Part shown: positions 20,342-30,222 of the stretch, one piece after another
Numbering within the stretch: the stretch's first letter is position 1
How the letters are laid out: each line of letters opens with the position of its first letter
From: Alphaproteobacteria bacterium
GTDB lineage: Bacteria; Pseudomonadota; Alphaproteobacteria; Bin95
Length of the DNA: 64,000 nucleotides
Reading direction: 5' to 3'
Assembly (NCBI GenBank): GCA_022826185.1
Contig: JAJDVH010000153.1
Span: 5,070-69,069, forward strand
Made by a program: the position numbers and the translations under genes
Notes under the pieces: model-generated
What the model was told of the DNA's origin: nothing
Databases searched by the model: none
What the model saw: the letters and a program-made list of their open reading frames with translations, nothing else

Positions 20342-20374
20342 AGGCGAAGCGCTGGCAGCGTTTGGCGAGGGAAT

Positions 20375-20830
20375 ATGACGACTGACGACGCCGATATCGC
20401 GGAAATCGGCGAGGTGATGGCGACGATTCCGCATCGCTATCCCTTCCTGATGATCGACCGTGTGACGGAGATCCGGTTGGGAGAAAGTGCGGTCGGTATC
20501 AAGAATGTCTCCATCAACGAGGCGCATTTCCAGGGGCATTTTCCGGCCAAGCCGGTCATGCCGGGCGTTCTGCTCGTCGAGGCGATGGCCCAGACAGCGG
20601 CAGTGCTCGTCGTGAAGACGATGGGCGACCATGTGCGGGGCAAGCTCGTCTATTTCATGACGATCGACAATGCGCGCTTCCGCCGGCCCGTGGTGCCCGG
20701 CGACCAGGTGCGTATCGAAGTAACGGTCCGCCGCCACCGCGGCGCGGTATGGCGGTTCCGCGGCGAGGCCAAGGTGGACGGGGCCCTGGTGGCGGAGGCC
20801 GAGTACAGCGCGATGATCCAGGGGCTGTGA
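20375..20830 (+). CDS. fabZ: 3-hydroxyacyl-ACP dehydratase FabZ
   Basis: Hot-dog fold; HFPxxPVMPG motif. Confidence 0.95.
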   Translation: MTTDDADIAEIGEVMATIPHRYPFLMIDRVTEIRLGESAVGIKNVSINEAHFQGHFPAKPVMPGVLLVEAMAQTAAVLVVKTMGDHVRGKLVYFMTIDNARFRRPVVPGDQVRIEVTVRRHRGAVWRFRGEAKVDGALVAEAEYSAMIQGL

Positions 20831-21636
20831 TGACGCGCTCCATTCACCCGAGCGCCGTGGTGGAAGAGGGCGCGACGCTCGGCGAAGATGTGCAGATCGG
20901 GCCTTTCTGCCATGTGGGCGGAGAAGTCCGCCTGGGCGACGGCTGCGTCCTGCACGCCCATGTCGTTGTCGCGGGGCGCACGGATGTCGGCCCGGCCACC
21001 CGGATATTCCCTTTCGCATCGGTCGGGCACCCGCCACAGGATCTGAAATATGCCGGCGAGCCTTCGACCCTGGAAATCGGCTCCGGCAATATCATCCGCG
21101 AACATGTCACCATGAACCCGGGCACGAAAGGCGGCGGCATGCGCACCGTGGTCGGAGACCGGAACCTGTTCATGATGGGGGCGCATGTGGCGCATGACTG
21201 CCGGGTCGGAAGCGGTTGCGTCCTGGCGAACAATGCCACGCTGGGAGGCCATGTCATTGTCGAGGACGGCGCGATCATCGGCGGGCTGGCCGCCGTTCAC
21301 CAGTTCGTGCGGGTTGGAACCCAGGCAATGATCGGCGGACTGTCGGCCGTCGTGCAGGACGTGATTCCCTACGGCATGGTGCTCGGCGACCGTGCAACCC
21401 TGCGGGGCCTCAACTGGATCGGCCTGAAGCGCGCCGGGACCGACCGCGAGACATTGGCGCGGCTTCGCAAGTCATATCGGCAGTTGTTCGGCGAGGAAGG
21501 CCCGATTGGCGGACGGGTTGACGCCGTTTCGGCAAAATACGGCGACGATCCCATGGTTCGGCGCATCGTCGAGTTCATGGGCGCAGAGTCCGACCGCGGC
21601 CTCTGCCTGCCGGAGAATTCCGGGGATGCAGCCTAA
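20830..21636 (+). CDS. lpxA: Acyl-ACP--UDP-GlcNAc O-acyltransferase LpxA
   Basis: ATG 20830 overlaps the fabZ stop. Left-handed beta-helix hexapeptide repeats. The ORF-track upstream extension is rejected. Confidence 0.9.
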   Translation: MTRSIHPSAVVEEGATLGEDVQIGPFCHVGGEVRLGDGCVLHAHVVVAGRTDVGPATRIFPFASVGHPPQDLKYAGEPSTLEIGSGNIIREHVTMNPGTKGGGMRTVVGDRNLFMMGAHVAHDCRVGSGCVLANNATLGGHVIVEDGAIIGGLAAVHQFVRVGTQAMIGGLSAVVQDVIPYGMVLGDRATLRGLNWIGLKRAGTDRETLARLRKSYRQLFGEEGPIGGRVDAVSAKYGDDPMVRRIVEFMGAESDRGLCLPENSGDAA

Positions 21637-22468
21637 GCTTGCGATCGTCGCCGGCGGCGGATGGCTGCCGCTGGCCGTCGCCGAAGCCTGCCGGAAGCGC
21701 GAACGCCCCTACTTCCTGTTGGGACTGGAAGGGTTTGCAGAGGCTGACGGGTTGCGCGGCCATCCCCACCGCTGGGGCCGGATTGGCGCGGTGGGGCGGG
21801 TCATCGAAACGATCCGCGAGGAGGCGGCCACCGACGTTGTGTTCGCCGGTCATGTCCGGCGACCGTCCCTGGCTTCGCTCCGGCCGGATCTCTACACGGT
21901 CCGCATGCTTGCCCGGATCGGCGCGAAGGCGCTGGGCGACGACGGGTTGATGCGCCACATCGTGGAGGCCTTCGAGGCGGAAGGGCTCAGCGTGGTGGAA
22001 GTGTCTTCCATCCTTGCCGATGCGCTGGCGCTGCCGGGTCCGCTCGGCGCGCTGGCCCCGGACGAGACCGCGCTCGAGGATATCCGCCGGGGCGTGGAAG
22101 TGGCCGAGGCGCTCGGACGCGCCGATGCGGGCCAGGCGGTCGTCGTGCAGCAGGGAATCGTGCTGGCGATAGAAGCGGCCGAGGGCACCGACCGGATGGT
22201 CGCGCGCGCTGCCTGCCTGCGGCGGGACGGGCCCGGCGGCGTGCTGGTCAAGATGGCGAAGCCGCAGCAGGACCGGCGCATGGACCTGCCGGTCATCGGT
22301 CCCGCGACCGTGGATGCCGCCGCCGCGGCCGGGCTTCGGGGAATCGCGGTGGAAGCCGGCGGGGTGCTGGTCACGGACCGCGAGGCGGCGACGAAGCGCG
22401 CCGACGAGGCGGGGCTGTTCATTACCGGCGCGGAGCCCGGTTCAGGAGCCCCGCGCCGGCAGTCGTGA
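21626..22468 (+). CDS. lpxI: UDP-2,3-diacylglucosamine hydrolase LpxI (DUF1009)
   Basis: ATG 21626 (MQPKLAIVAGGGWLP…) overlaps the lpxA end by 11 nt. Conserved LpxI N- and C-domains. Confidence 0.8.
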   Translation: MQPKLAIVAGGGWLPLAVAEACRKRERPYFLLGLEGFAEADGLRGHPHRWGRIGAVGRVIETIREEAATDVVFAGHVRRPSLASLRPDLYTVRMLARIGAKALGDDGLMRHIVEAFEAEGLSVVEVSSILADALALPGPLGALAPDETALEDIRRGVEVAEALGRADAGQAVVVQQGIVLAIEAAEGTDRMVARAACLRRDGPGGVLVKMAKPQQDRRMDLPVIGPATVDAAAAAGLRGIAVEAGGVLVTDREAATKRADEAGLFITGAEPGSGAPRRQS

Positions 22469-22474
22469 GCGGCC

Positions 22475-22861
22475 TCAGGCGGGCGTGAAGCAGGGCACCT
22501 TCTGGCCGCCTTCGGCTTCGACGAAGACCGCCTTGACCCTCATGCCCACGGCCAGGCTGTCGAAGTCGCAATCGACGAAATTCGTCATCATCGTGATGCC
22601 TTCGTCCAGCCGCACATAGCCGATAGCATATTGGGGGTCGGACCGGCGCATGACGGAATAGGTGTAGATCTCGCCGGTGCCCGCGGCCTCGACCGTTTCG
22701 ACATTCTCCGAAAGCGTGAACGGGCTCAGCTTGCGCGGATACCAGAAGAAACGGCCGGTATCGCCGCAGCGCGGCAGCATGAGCTTGCCCTCATTGCAGG
22801 CATCCCAGAAGTCCTGGTTCTCGACATTGGTCGGCGGGGCCGGAATCTTGCGGGCGCTCAT
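22475..22861 (-). CDS. Zn-ribbon/OB-fold DUF35 protein (partner of an SCP-x-type thiolase)
   Basis: 128 aa with a CxxC…CxxC-like Zn-ribbon and an OB fold. Translationally coupled to the upstream thiolase. Confidence 0.7.
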   Translation of the reverse strand: MSARKIPAPPTNVENQDFWDACNEGKLMLPRCGDTGRFFWYPRKLSPFTLSENVETVEAAGTGEIYTYSVMRRSDPQYAIGYVRLDEGITMMTNFVDCDFDSLAVGMRVKAVFVEAEGGQKVPCFTPA

Positions 22862-24036
22862 GCGTCGGCCCTCCCGAGAATCGTTGTGGAGCTGCCCATG
22901 CGGGTGCCGAGCGAACCGCCCGTGCCATGGGCCAGCGCAAGCTGGCAGTCCTTGACCTGCACCGCCGGATGCGCTTCGTCGCGAAGCTGGCGCACGGCCT
23001 CCAGCACCTTGGTCAGCCCGCCGCGGTTCATGGGATGGTTGCTGCAGAGCCCGCCGCCGTCCGTGTTGAAGGGCAGCTTGCCCGCGCCGGAGATCAGGTT
23101 GCCGTCCGAGACGAAGGCGCCGCCCTTGCCCTTTTCGCAGAAGCCGAGGTCCTCAAGCGTTTCCAGCACGGTGATCGTGAAGCTGTCGTAGATCGACGCA
23201 TAGTCGATATCGCCCGGCGCGACGCCCGCCTCCTCGAAGGCCCGGGGGCCGGACCAGCGGGCTCCCGTATAAGTCAGGTCCACCTGGCCCGACATCAGGT
23301 TCTTCGGCGCTTCGCCGCAACCGAGAACCTTGACGCAATCCCGCTCCAGGGAGGAAGCGACCTCCGGCGCGACCACGACGAACGCCCCGCCGCCGTCCGA
23401 GATCACGCAGCAGTCGAGCCGGTGCAGCGGATCGGAGATCACGGGCGAATTCACCACGTCATCGACCGTCACGACATTGCGCAGCATGGCGTGCTCATTG
23501 TGCTGGGCGTGGTGCGACGCGGCCACCTTGATCCAGGCGAGCTGCTCGCTTGTGGTCCCGAACTCGTGCATGTGCCGGCGCGCCGCCATGGCGTACATGT
23601 TCACGACGGTCGGGCCGTAGATGAACTCGAACGGCACGTCCGGCGAGGCGTCCCCGTAGTTGCGCGGCGCGGTGCCGGTCGCCATGCCCTCCGAGCGCGG
23701 CCGCCCGGCGAGCGTGATAAGTGCGACCTTGCACTTGCCCGCTGTAATTGCCTGGGCGGCATGGCCGACATGGAGGACGTAGGAAGAGCCGCCGACATCG
23801 GTGGCGTCCATATGCCGGACGTTCCTCAGGCCCATATATTCGACCATCGACAGCGGGCCGAGGCCGGGCGCATCGCCGGCACAGTAATAGGCGTCGACAT
23901 CCTCTATCGACAGCCCGGCGTCGTCGAGCGCGCCTCTAGCGCTTTCGGCGTGGAGTTGGGCGACCGACTTGTCGACCGCCTTGCGGGTCGGGTGTTCGCT
24001 GATACCCGCAATGAAGGCTTTGCCCCTCGTGTGCAT
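22858..24036 (-). CDS. Thiolase-family (SCP-x/lipid-transfer-protein type) protein
   Basis: 392 aa with thiolase N- and C-terminal domains and an active-site Cys region. 4-nt overlap with the DUF35 gene. Confidence 0.8.
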   Translation of the reverse strand: MHTRGKAFIAGISEHPTRKAVDKSVAQLHAESARGALDDAGLSIEDVDAYYCAGDAPGLGPLSMVEYMGLRNVRHMDATDVGGSSYVLHVGHAAQAITAGKCKVALITLAGRPRSEGMATGTAPRNYGDASPDVPFEFIYGPTVVNMYAMAARRHMHEFGTTSEQLAWIKVAASHHAQHNEHAMLRNVVTVDDVVNSPVISDPLHRLDCCVISDGGGAFVVVAPEVASSLERDCVKVLGCGEAPKNLMSGQVDLTYTGARWSGPRAFEEAGVAPGDIDYASIYDSFTITVLETLEDLGFCEKGKGGAFVSDGNLISGAGKLPFNTDGGGLCSNHPMNRGGLTKVLEAVRQLRDEAHPAVQVKDCQLALAHGTGGSLGTRMGSSTTILGRADA

Positions 24037-24105
24037 TCGCAGTTCCAGTGTTGACGGAGCGGAATTGGGTGACGGCCTACAGCGTAGGCGGCCGGAGGCC
24101 GGCCC

Positions 24106-25200
24106 TCAAGGCACGATGCGCTCGCGGCGAAACTGCCGCAGCAGTTCGACGAGCATATCCTCTGTGTCCATGCAGTCCTGGAAGCCGTGTTGCCGCACCT
24201 TGATCGTGCTGACGACAGCCGGGTTCGGCCGCTGGCCGTAGCCGAAGATGAAGTCCGCGAACTGCCAGGACGGCACGATTTCACCCAGCCGGTAAGGGCG
24301 CAGGCCGTGACGCGCGACCATGGCATCCCAGACGGGGCCCTTGTCGGCCATGACGCGCCTCAGCGAGCAGGGGAAGGGCTGTTCCAGCGGCATCTCGAAA
24401 ACCTCGGCGACCCGCGGCCAGAGATTGTGCCAGACATAGCAATCGCCGTTCGCGATGTTGAAGGCTTGGCCGGCTGCTGCCGGCGTCCGGCCGGCCCAGG
24501 CGGCGGCGCGGGCGAGAAGCCGCGAATCCGTCGCCTCCTGGATGCGCGGCTCGCCGCCGGGGAACCTGAGCGGCATGCCAAGCTCTTTCGAAAGCGCCGC
24601 ATAGGCCGCCACGCAGGCAAGCGCGTTCATGTTCGAGCCGATGGCGATGCCGAAAACGACCTGCGGACGCAGGACGGTCCAGCCCCAGCCCGCGCCTGCG
24701 GCCCGTTTATTCAGCCATTCTTCCTGGTCGTGATAGAAATTCGGCCCCCAATAGCGGGGGTCCCGCTCCTTCGCCGGCGTCTTGAACGGGCCGTGATGCG
24801 CGCCGTAGGCCTTGGTGCCCTGCAGCAGCGTGACATGCCGGAGGCCGGGCGAGCACGCCTCGACGGTCTCGACCGCGTTGCGCAGCATGGCGAGATTCGT
24901 CTCGGCGTGGTCCGGGTCGCGCCAGCCGCTCGCCACGTCGGCTTTCTCGTAAACCGCGGCATAGACAATGTGGGTGACGCCGCGAAGATCGGACAGGCCG
25001 GCTTCGCATGCGGCCCGGTCCCGCAGGTCGACGGCGCGGAATTCGGCCCCGGTCCGGAAATCGGGGGCCCGGCGCGACAGGCCGACGGTGCGCCAGCCCG
25101 GCAGTGAGTCGAAATGCTCCACCATCGCCCGGCCGACGGTGCCGAGCGCGCCGCACACCAGCACTGTTCCTGCGGCGGGCGGCGCCGCTTCGCTAGCCAT
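24106..25200 (-). CDS. NAD-dependent epimerase/dehydratase (extended SDR) family protein
   Basis: 364 aa with an N-terminal Rossmann motif (VLVCGALGTVG). Confidence 0.7.
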   Translation of the reverse strand: MASEAAPPAAGTVLVCGALGTVGRAMVEHFDSLPGWRTVGLSRRAPDFRTGAEFRAVDLRDRAACEAGLSDLRGVTHIVYAAVYEKADVASGWRDPDHAETNLAMLRNAVETVEACSPGLRHVTLLQGTKAYGAHHGPFKTPAKERDPRYWGPNFYHDQEEWLNKRAAGAGWGWTVLRPQVVFGIAIGSNMNALACVAAYAALSKELGMPLRFPGGEPRIQEATDSRLLARAAAWAGRTPAAAGQAFNIANGDCYVWHNLWPRVAEVFEMPLEQPFPCSLRRVMADKGPVWDAMVARHGLRPYRLGEIVPSWQFADFIFGYGQRPNPAVVSTIKVRQHGFQDCMDTEDMLVELLRQFRRERIVP

Positions 25201-25224
25201 GTTGCAGCGTCCTGCCGGACACAG

Positions 25225-25641
25225 CTACGCGATGATGTCCGATGCGTATTCCTCGGCGGCCTGGCGCGTCACCTCGATGAACTTCTTGGTCCCGAGCACG
25301 ATCGCCTTCCTCGACACGCCGCCATTCAGAAAGATGTAGTAGTCGCAGAGCAGAAGCGTGGCGTCCTTGGTGACTGCGGCGCGGGTGATGATGTAGCGGT
25401 CGTTGATCCTGTTGACGCATTCCAGCTTTTCCTGGAGCGGCACGTTGTCCTTCAACGGAAAGAGTATCGCGAGATGGATCGCGTCCTGATGGCTCGGCAG
25501 CGTTGCGATGCATTTCAGCCCGCTCTCGGTAATCACGGAATCGCCGTCGCCGTCCTGTTCGCATTCCATGTAAGCGGCGTCGTACAGAGTGTGCAGGAAG
25601 TCCCGGTTCAGGATTTTGGGTGTTACCAGGTCGTCGTACAT
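25225..25641 (-). CDS. YbjN-domain protein (putative sensory transduction regulator / T3SS-chaperone-like fold)
   Basis: Start reassigned to ATG 25641 (MYDDLVTPKILNRDFLHTLYDAAYME…). Noticeably lower GC than its neighbours. Confidence 0.5.
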   Translation of the reverse strand: MYDDLVTPKILNRDFLHTLYDAAYMECEQDGDGDSVITESGLKCIATLPSHQDAIHLAILFPLKDNVPLQEKLECVNRINDRYIITRAAVTKDATLLLCDYYIFLNGGVSRKAIVLGTKKFIEVTRQAAEEYASDIIA

Positions 25642-25817
25642 CTCCACCACCCGGCACCCCGTTCCGCTCTGCCCGCTGCGAATTCCGGACCATATTCGGG
25701 CCACCCGGCAGGCGCAAGACGGGAAAGCCGGGCGGCTCGGTCGCAGGTTGCCGGAGGCGCTTGTCGAAACTGGCGCAAGTCGTCAAGATAGGGCGCAGAG
25801 TGAAAGGGAGGGACCCC

Positions 25818-26984
25818 ATGCAACTGCGTATCCTTGCCGCGACGGCAGTCATCGTCGGCCTTGCGGCTCCGGCCTTCTCGGCCGACCTTCCGAAGACTGT
25901 GACGCTGACAGCGTACGGCACCACGTCGTCGGGCTACGCCCAGTCCATCGCCATCGGCGGCATGCTCAAGAAGAAGTATGATGTCGAATTGCGCGTGATT
26001 CCGGGCAAGAACGACGTCTCGCGCATGATTCCCGTTGTGAAGAAGCGTGCGCATCTCTGCGCCTGCGGTATCGCCGCCGCTTTCACGCAGGAAGGCGTGT
26101 TCATGTTCGGCTCCAAGTCCTGGGGGCCAATGGCGGTCCGCAACCTTTACAACAACGCCAAGGGGCCGCACGGCCTGATGCCGGTGGTCGCGGGCGATGC
26201 CGGAGTCGAGGTCGCTGCCGACCTCAAGGGCAAGAAGATGGCCTGGATCAAGGGCGCCCCGGCGCTCAACGTCAATCTCACGGCGTTGATGGCCTTCGGC
26301 GGCGTCACCTGGGACGATGTGACCAGGGTCGAGTTCCCCGGCTGGAAACAGGCGGTGGACGGCGTGATCGGCGGCCAGGCCGATGCGGTCATGGTTTCCA
26401 CCATGTCGCCGCATGTGAACCGCCTGATGGCTTCGCCGCGAGGCAATTGGTGGGTCTCGCTGCCCCACGATGACAAGGAAGGCTGGGCCCGGGCCAAGGC
26501 CGTGGCGCCCTTCTGGAACCCGAACAAGGTCACGCTCGGCATCGGCCTCGAGAACAACATTTCGGGCAAGGCGGAATTCGACGGCCAGATGTACCCCTAT
26601 CCGATCGTGATCGGGCTCGCGGGCGACCTGTCCGACGACTTCACCTACGCCATGACCAAGGCTGTCATGGAGGGCTATGAAGGCGTGGACGGCTACGGGA
26701 CGCTGAAGGGCACGGCGGGCTACCAGCTCGACGCCCAGAACCTCACATGGGTGTTCCCCTATGCGGCCGGCTCGGTCCGCTACTACAAGGAAGCGGGCGC
26801 CTGGGGCGCGGAGGAAGAGGCGTACAACAACGGGCTGCTGAAGCGTCAGGACGTGCTGATGAGCACGTGGGAGACCTACTACGCCGCCAACAAGGACATG
26901 GAGGACGACGCCTTCGAGGCAGGCTGGGCCGAGGCCCGCAAGGAGGCGTTGACCGCGGCCGGCCTGGAAGCGCCGTTCTCGTGA
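25818..26984 (+). CDS. TAXI-family TRAP transporter solute-binding protein (periplasmic)
   Basis: ATG 25818 with a strong RBS (AAAGGGAGGG). Signal peptide MQLRILAATAVIVGLAAPAFSA. Lies directly upstream of a fused TRAP permease. Confidence 0.6.
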   Translation: MQLRILAATAVIVGLAAPAFSADLPKTVTLTAYGTTSSGYAQSIAIGGMLKKKYDVELRVIPGKNDVSRMIPVVKKRAHLCACGIAAAFTQEGVFMFGSKSWGPMAVRNLYNNAKGPHGLMPVVAGDAGVEVAADLKGKKMAWIKGAPALNVNLTALMAFGGVTWDDVTRVEFPGWKQAVDGVIGGQADAVMVSTMSPHVNRLMASPRGNWWVSLPHDDKEGWARAKAVAPFWNPNKVTLGIGLENNISGKAEFDGQMYPYPIVIGLAGDLSDDFTYAMTKAVMEGYEGVDGYGTLKGTAGYQLDAQNLTWVFPYAAGSVRYYKEAGAWGAEEEAYNNGLLKRQDVLMSTWETYYAANKDMEDDAFEAGWAEARKEALTAAGLEAPFS

Positions 26985-27096
26985 TCATTGCGGGCAGGAA
27001 ACTGCCGGCATAAACCCTGAACAGACCCGCCATGCGTCAAGCATGGCGGGTCCTTCCTTGGTCGGTTACGGCCTGCGAACCAGAGGCTTGCTTGCC

Positions 27097-29127
27097 ATGA
27101 CACAGCCCGAGCGGGAGACGGCGCTCAGCCGCCAGGCGGAAGATGCGGTCGAACGGGCCGAAGCTTCGATCAGCCGCCACCGGGAACTCGGACCGGTCTG
27201 GATGACGATTGTGGTTTCCGCCTCCACCTTGTCGGTGCTGGCCTCGATCTATTTCATCTTCAACCTTCATTTGATGATCGATGTAAAGATCTTCGGAGAG
27301 GAGACCGAATACTACTATTTCATGCTCGCCATGCTGTTGCCACTGGTGTTCCTGCTCTATCCGCCATGGCGCGGCGTCGGTCCGATGAACCGGGTTCCCT
27401 GGTACGACATGTTGCTTTCGCTGGTCGTGTTCACAGTGTCGATCGTGTTTGCGGCTCACGGCGAAGAAAACCTGCTGGAAGGCTGGGAATACGACGCGCC
27501 GGAATGGGCAATTTACGCCTCCTATTTCATGTGGCTGATGGTGCTGGAAGCCACCCGCAGGGCGGGTGGCATGCCGATCTTCATCATCTGCCTCGTCGTG
27601 TCGCTCTATCCGACGCTGGCCGAACATGCGCCCGGTTTCCTGGAGGGCCAGGCTGAGTCCCTCGCGGTAACCGCGAGCTTCCACATGTTCGGCACGGAGA
27701 GCGTCATGGGCATTCCCATGCGCGCTTTCGCCTCGCTGGTGGTCGGGTTCCTCATCTTTGGCGTCGCGCTGCAATTCACCGGCGGCGGCGCCTTCTTCCT
27801 CAACCTCGCCTTTGCTCTGCTGGGGCGTTTCCGCGGCGGGCCGGCCAAGGTTGCGATCTTCTCGTCGGGCCTGATGGGTTCGATGAGCGGCTCGGTCATC
27901 ACCAATGTGCTGACCACGGGCGCGCTCTCGATCCCGGCGATGAAGCGCGTCGGCTTCCGGCCGGCCTATGCGGGCGGCGTGGAGGCCTGCGCGTCCACCG
28001 GCGGCGTGCTGATGCCGCCCGTGATGGGCGCCACCGCCTTCATCATGGCGACCTTCCTGGAAATCTCCTACGCCGTGATCCTGGTGGCGGCGATCATCCC
28101 GTCGCTGCTCTACTATTTCAGCCTGTTCATGCAGATCGACGCCTATTCGGCCCGCTTCGGCCTCGAGGGCCTGCCGAAGTCCGAAATGCCGCAAGCGCGG
28201 CAGGTCATCCGCGACGGCTGGCACTTCATCTTCGTGCTGGCGCTGCTGATCGTGATGCTGCTGGTGATGCAGCAGGAAGCGCAGGCGCCCTATTACGCCG
28301 CCGCCCTGCTGATCGTCATCAACCAGGTGCGGGCGCACGACCGCTGGGACCTGGAGCGGTGCAAGCAGTTCCTGATCGGCATCGCCAAGCTGTTCACGGA
28401 ACTCGCCGGCATTCTGGCGGGCGTCGGCCTCATCATCGGCGCGTTGATGCTGACCGGGAAGGTCGGCAACCTGTCGCTGGAACTCGTCACCCTCGCCGGG
28501 GATTCAATCTTCATCCTGCTGGTTATGGGCGCGCTGACCAGCTTCATCCTCGGCATGGGCATGACGGTGACGGCGGCCTACCTGTTCCTGGCCATCGCGC
28601 TCGCGCCGGCGCTGACAGCCAGCGGGCGGCTCGACCTGCTCGCCGTGCATCTCTACATGATGTATTGGGGCATGATCTCCTTCATCACGCCGCCCGTCGC
28701 GCTCGGCGCCTTTGCGGCGGCGACGGTGGCCCGCGCCAACCCCATCACCACCGGCTTCGAGGCGATGCGGCTCGGCGCGATCATCTATTTCGTGCCGTTC
28801 TTCTTCGTGCTGAACCCGGCGCTGATCGGCCACGGCTCGACCGTCGAGGTCATTACCGTCTGCGGGCTTGCCTTTGCGGGCGTCATCCTGATTTCGGGTG
28901 CGCTGCAGGGCTACCTGATCGGCATCGGGACGCTCACCGGCAATCCGTTTGCGGCATGGCCGATACGTCTTGCGCTGTTCGTGTCCGGCCTGCTGCTCGC
29001 TCTGCCGGGCGGCGAACTCACCGGCTACACGCACACGCAGTTGCTTGTGGCAGCAGTCGTGTTGGGCGTCCCTGCTGCGGCGGGCGGCTGGTTTATGAAC
29101 CGGGGGGAGGCGGCAAGGCCGGCCTGA
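27097..29127 (+). CDS. TRAP transporter fused permease (DctQ-DctM fusion, TAXI-associated)
   Basis: About 676 aa and highly hydrophobic, with multiple TM segments. Start at ATG 27097 (MTQPERETAL…). Confidence 0.8.
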   Translation: MTQPERETALSRQAEDAVERAEASISRHRELGPVWMTIVVSASTLSVLASIYFIFNLHLMIDVKIFGEETEYYYFMLAMLLPLVFLLYPPWRGVGPMNRVPWYDMLLSLVVFTVSIVFAAHGEENLLEGWEYDAPEWAIYASYFMWLMVLEATRRAGGMPIFIICLVVSLYPTLAEHAPGFLEGQAESLAVTASFHMFGTESVMGIPMRAFASLVVGFLIFGVALQFTGGGAFFLNLAFALLGRFRGGPAKVAIFSSGLMGSMSGSVITNVLTTGALSIPAMKRVGFRPAYAGGVEACASTGGVLMPPVMGATAFIMATFLEISYAVILVAAIIPSLLYYFSLFMQIDAYSARFGLEGLPKSEMPQARQVIRDGWHFIFVLALLIVMLLVMQQEAQAPYYAAALLIVINQVRAHDRWDLERCKQFLIGIAKLFTELAGILAGVGLIIGALMLTGKVGNLSLELVTLAGDSIFILLVMGALTSFILGMGMTVTAAYLFLAIALAPALTASGRLDLLAVHLYMMYWGMISFITPPVALGAFAAATVARANPITTGFEAMRLGAIIYFVPFFFVLNPALIGHGSTVEVITVCGLAFAGVILISGALQGYLIGIGTLTGNPFAAWPIRLALFVSGLLLALPGGELTGYTHTQLLVAAVVLGVPAAAGGWFMNRGEAARPA

Positions 29128-29143
29128 CCCGCATCGGCGCCGC

Positions 29144-29317
29144 CTACTGGAACGCCGCCACGAGGCCGATAACGATCCCGACGACGCCGATCACGGTAAT
29201 GACGGCCCCGCCGACCCTGGCCTGCAGGCCGTCGTCCGCGCCGAAGCCGATCCGCATGGCGACGATGCCCAGGATCGCGACCAGGGCAGACATGACCAGT
29301 CCGAGCGCGGTGCCCAT
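29144..29317 (-). CDS. Small two-TM glycine-zipper membrane protein (hypothetical)
   Basis: 57 aa (MGTALGLVMSALVAILGIVAMRIGFGADDGLQARVGGAVITVIGVVGIVIGLVAAFQ), downstream of the ABC permease genes. Confidence 0.4.
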   Translation of the reverse strand: MGTALGLVMSALVAILGIVAMRIGFGADDGLQARVGGAVITVIGVVGIVIGLVAAFQ

Positions 29318-29361
29318 CCTGTTTCCCCTCGTACTGCGCCCGCCGAGCCGAGACAGGCGCT

Positions 29362-30216
29362 CTACTGCGGCGACATGCCTCTCAGCCGTTCGGAGCGCCG
29401 CCGCAGCAATTCGACGGTGGTCAGCAGGCAGATCGAGATAACCACCAGAATGGTCGCGACGGCCAGGATCGTCGGGCTGATCTGCTCGCGCAAGCCTGTG
29501 AACATCTGCCAGGGCAGCGTCTTCTGGCCGGCAGAGCCTACGAACAGCACCACCACCACCTCGTCGAAGGAGGTGATGAAGGCGAACAGCCCGCCGGAGA
29601 TCACGCCGGGCAGGATCAGCGGCGCCTGGACCTTGAAGAAGGTTCGCACCGGGTTGGCGCCGAGATTGGCTGCAGCGCGCGTCAGGCTCCGGTCGAACCC
29701 GACCAGCGTCGCGGTCACCGTAATGATGACGAACGGGATGCCGAGCGCCGCATGGGCCAGCACGACGCCGACATAGGTGCCCTGGAGGCCGATGCGCGAA
29801 TAGAAGAAATACATGCCGGCGGCGGAGATGATGAGCGGCACGATCATCGGGGAGATCAGCACCGCCATGATTGCGCCCCGGAACGGCACATGGCTCTGTG
29901 ACAGGCCGATGGCGGCGAGCGTGCCGAGGCTCACCGAAAGCAGGGTCGCGACGGGCGCGATCCGCACGGAGTTGTAGAGCGCGTTCTGCCAGTCGATGTT
30001 GGTGAAGAAGTCGTTGTAGTTCACCATGCTGTAGGCATCGGCCTCCAGCGCCAGCATTCCCGGCGTGAAGGTGAAATAGGGAAGCGGGTTGAAGCTGAGC
30101 GGGACGATGACCAGCAGCGGGAAGATCAGGAAGAAGAAGATCAGCACGCAGATGAGCCGGAAGCCCCAGTACCAGAGCTTCTGCCCGGTCGATGCGTATG
30201 GGGGCAAGGCGGCCAT
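29362..30216 (-). CDS. ABC transporter permease (PotC-like)
   Basis: 284 aa, six TM, with an EAA-like loop. Confidence 0.85.
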   Translation of the reverse strand: MAALPPYASTGQKLWYWGFRLICVLIFFFLIFPLLVIVPLSFNPLPYFTFTPGMLALEADAYSMVNYNDFFTNIDWQNALYNSVRIAPVATLLSVSLGTLAAIGLSQSHVPFRGAIMAVLISPMIVPLIISAAGMYFFYSRIGLQGTYVGVVLAHAALGIPFVIITVTATLVGFDRSLTRAAANLGANPVRTFFKVQAPLILPGVISGGLFAFITSFDEVVVVLFVGSAGQKTLPWQMFTGLREQISPTILAVATILVVISICLLTTVELLRRRSERLRGMSPQ

Positions 30217-30222
30217 GCGGTC

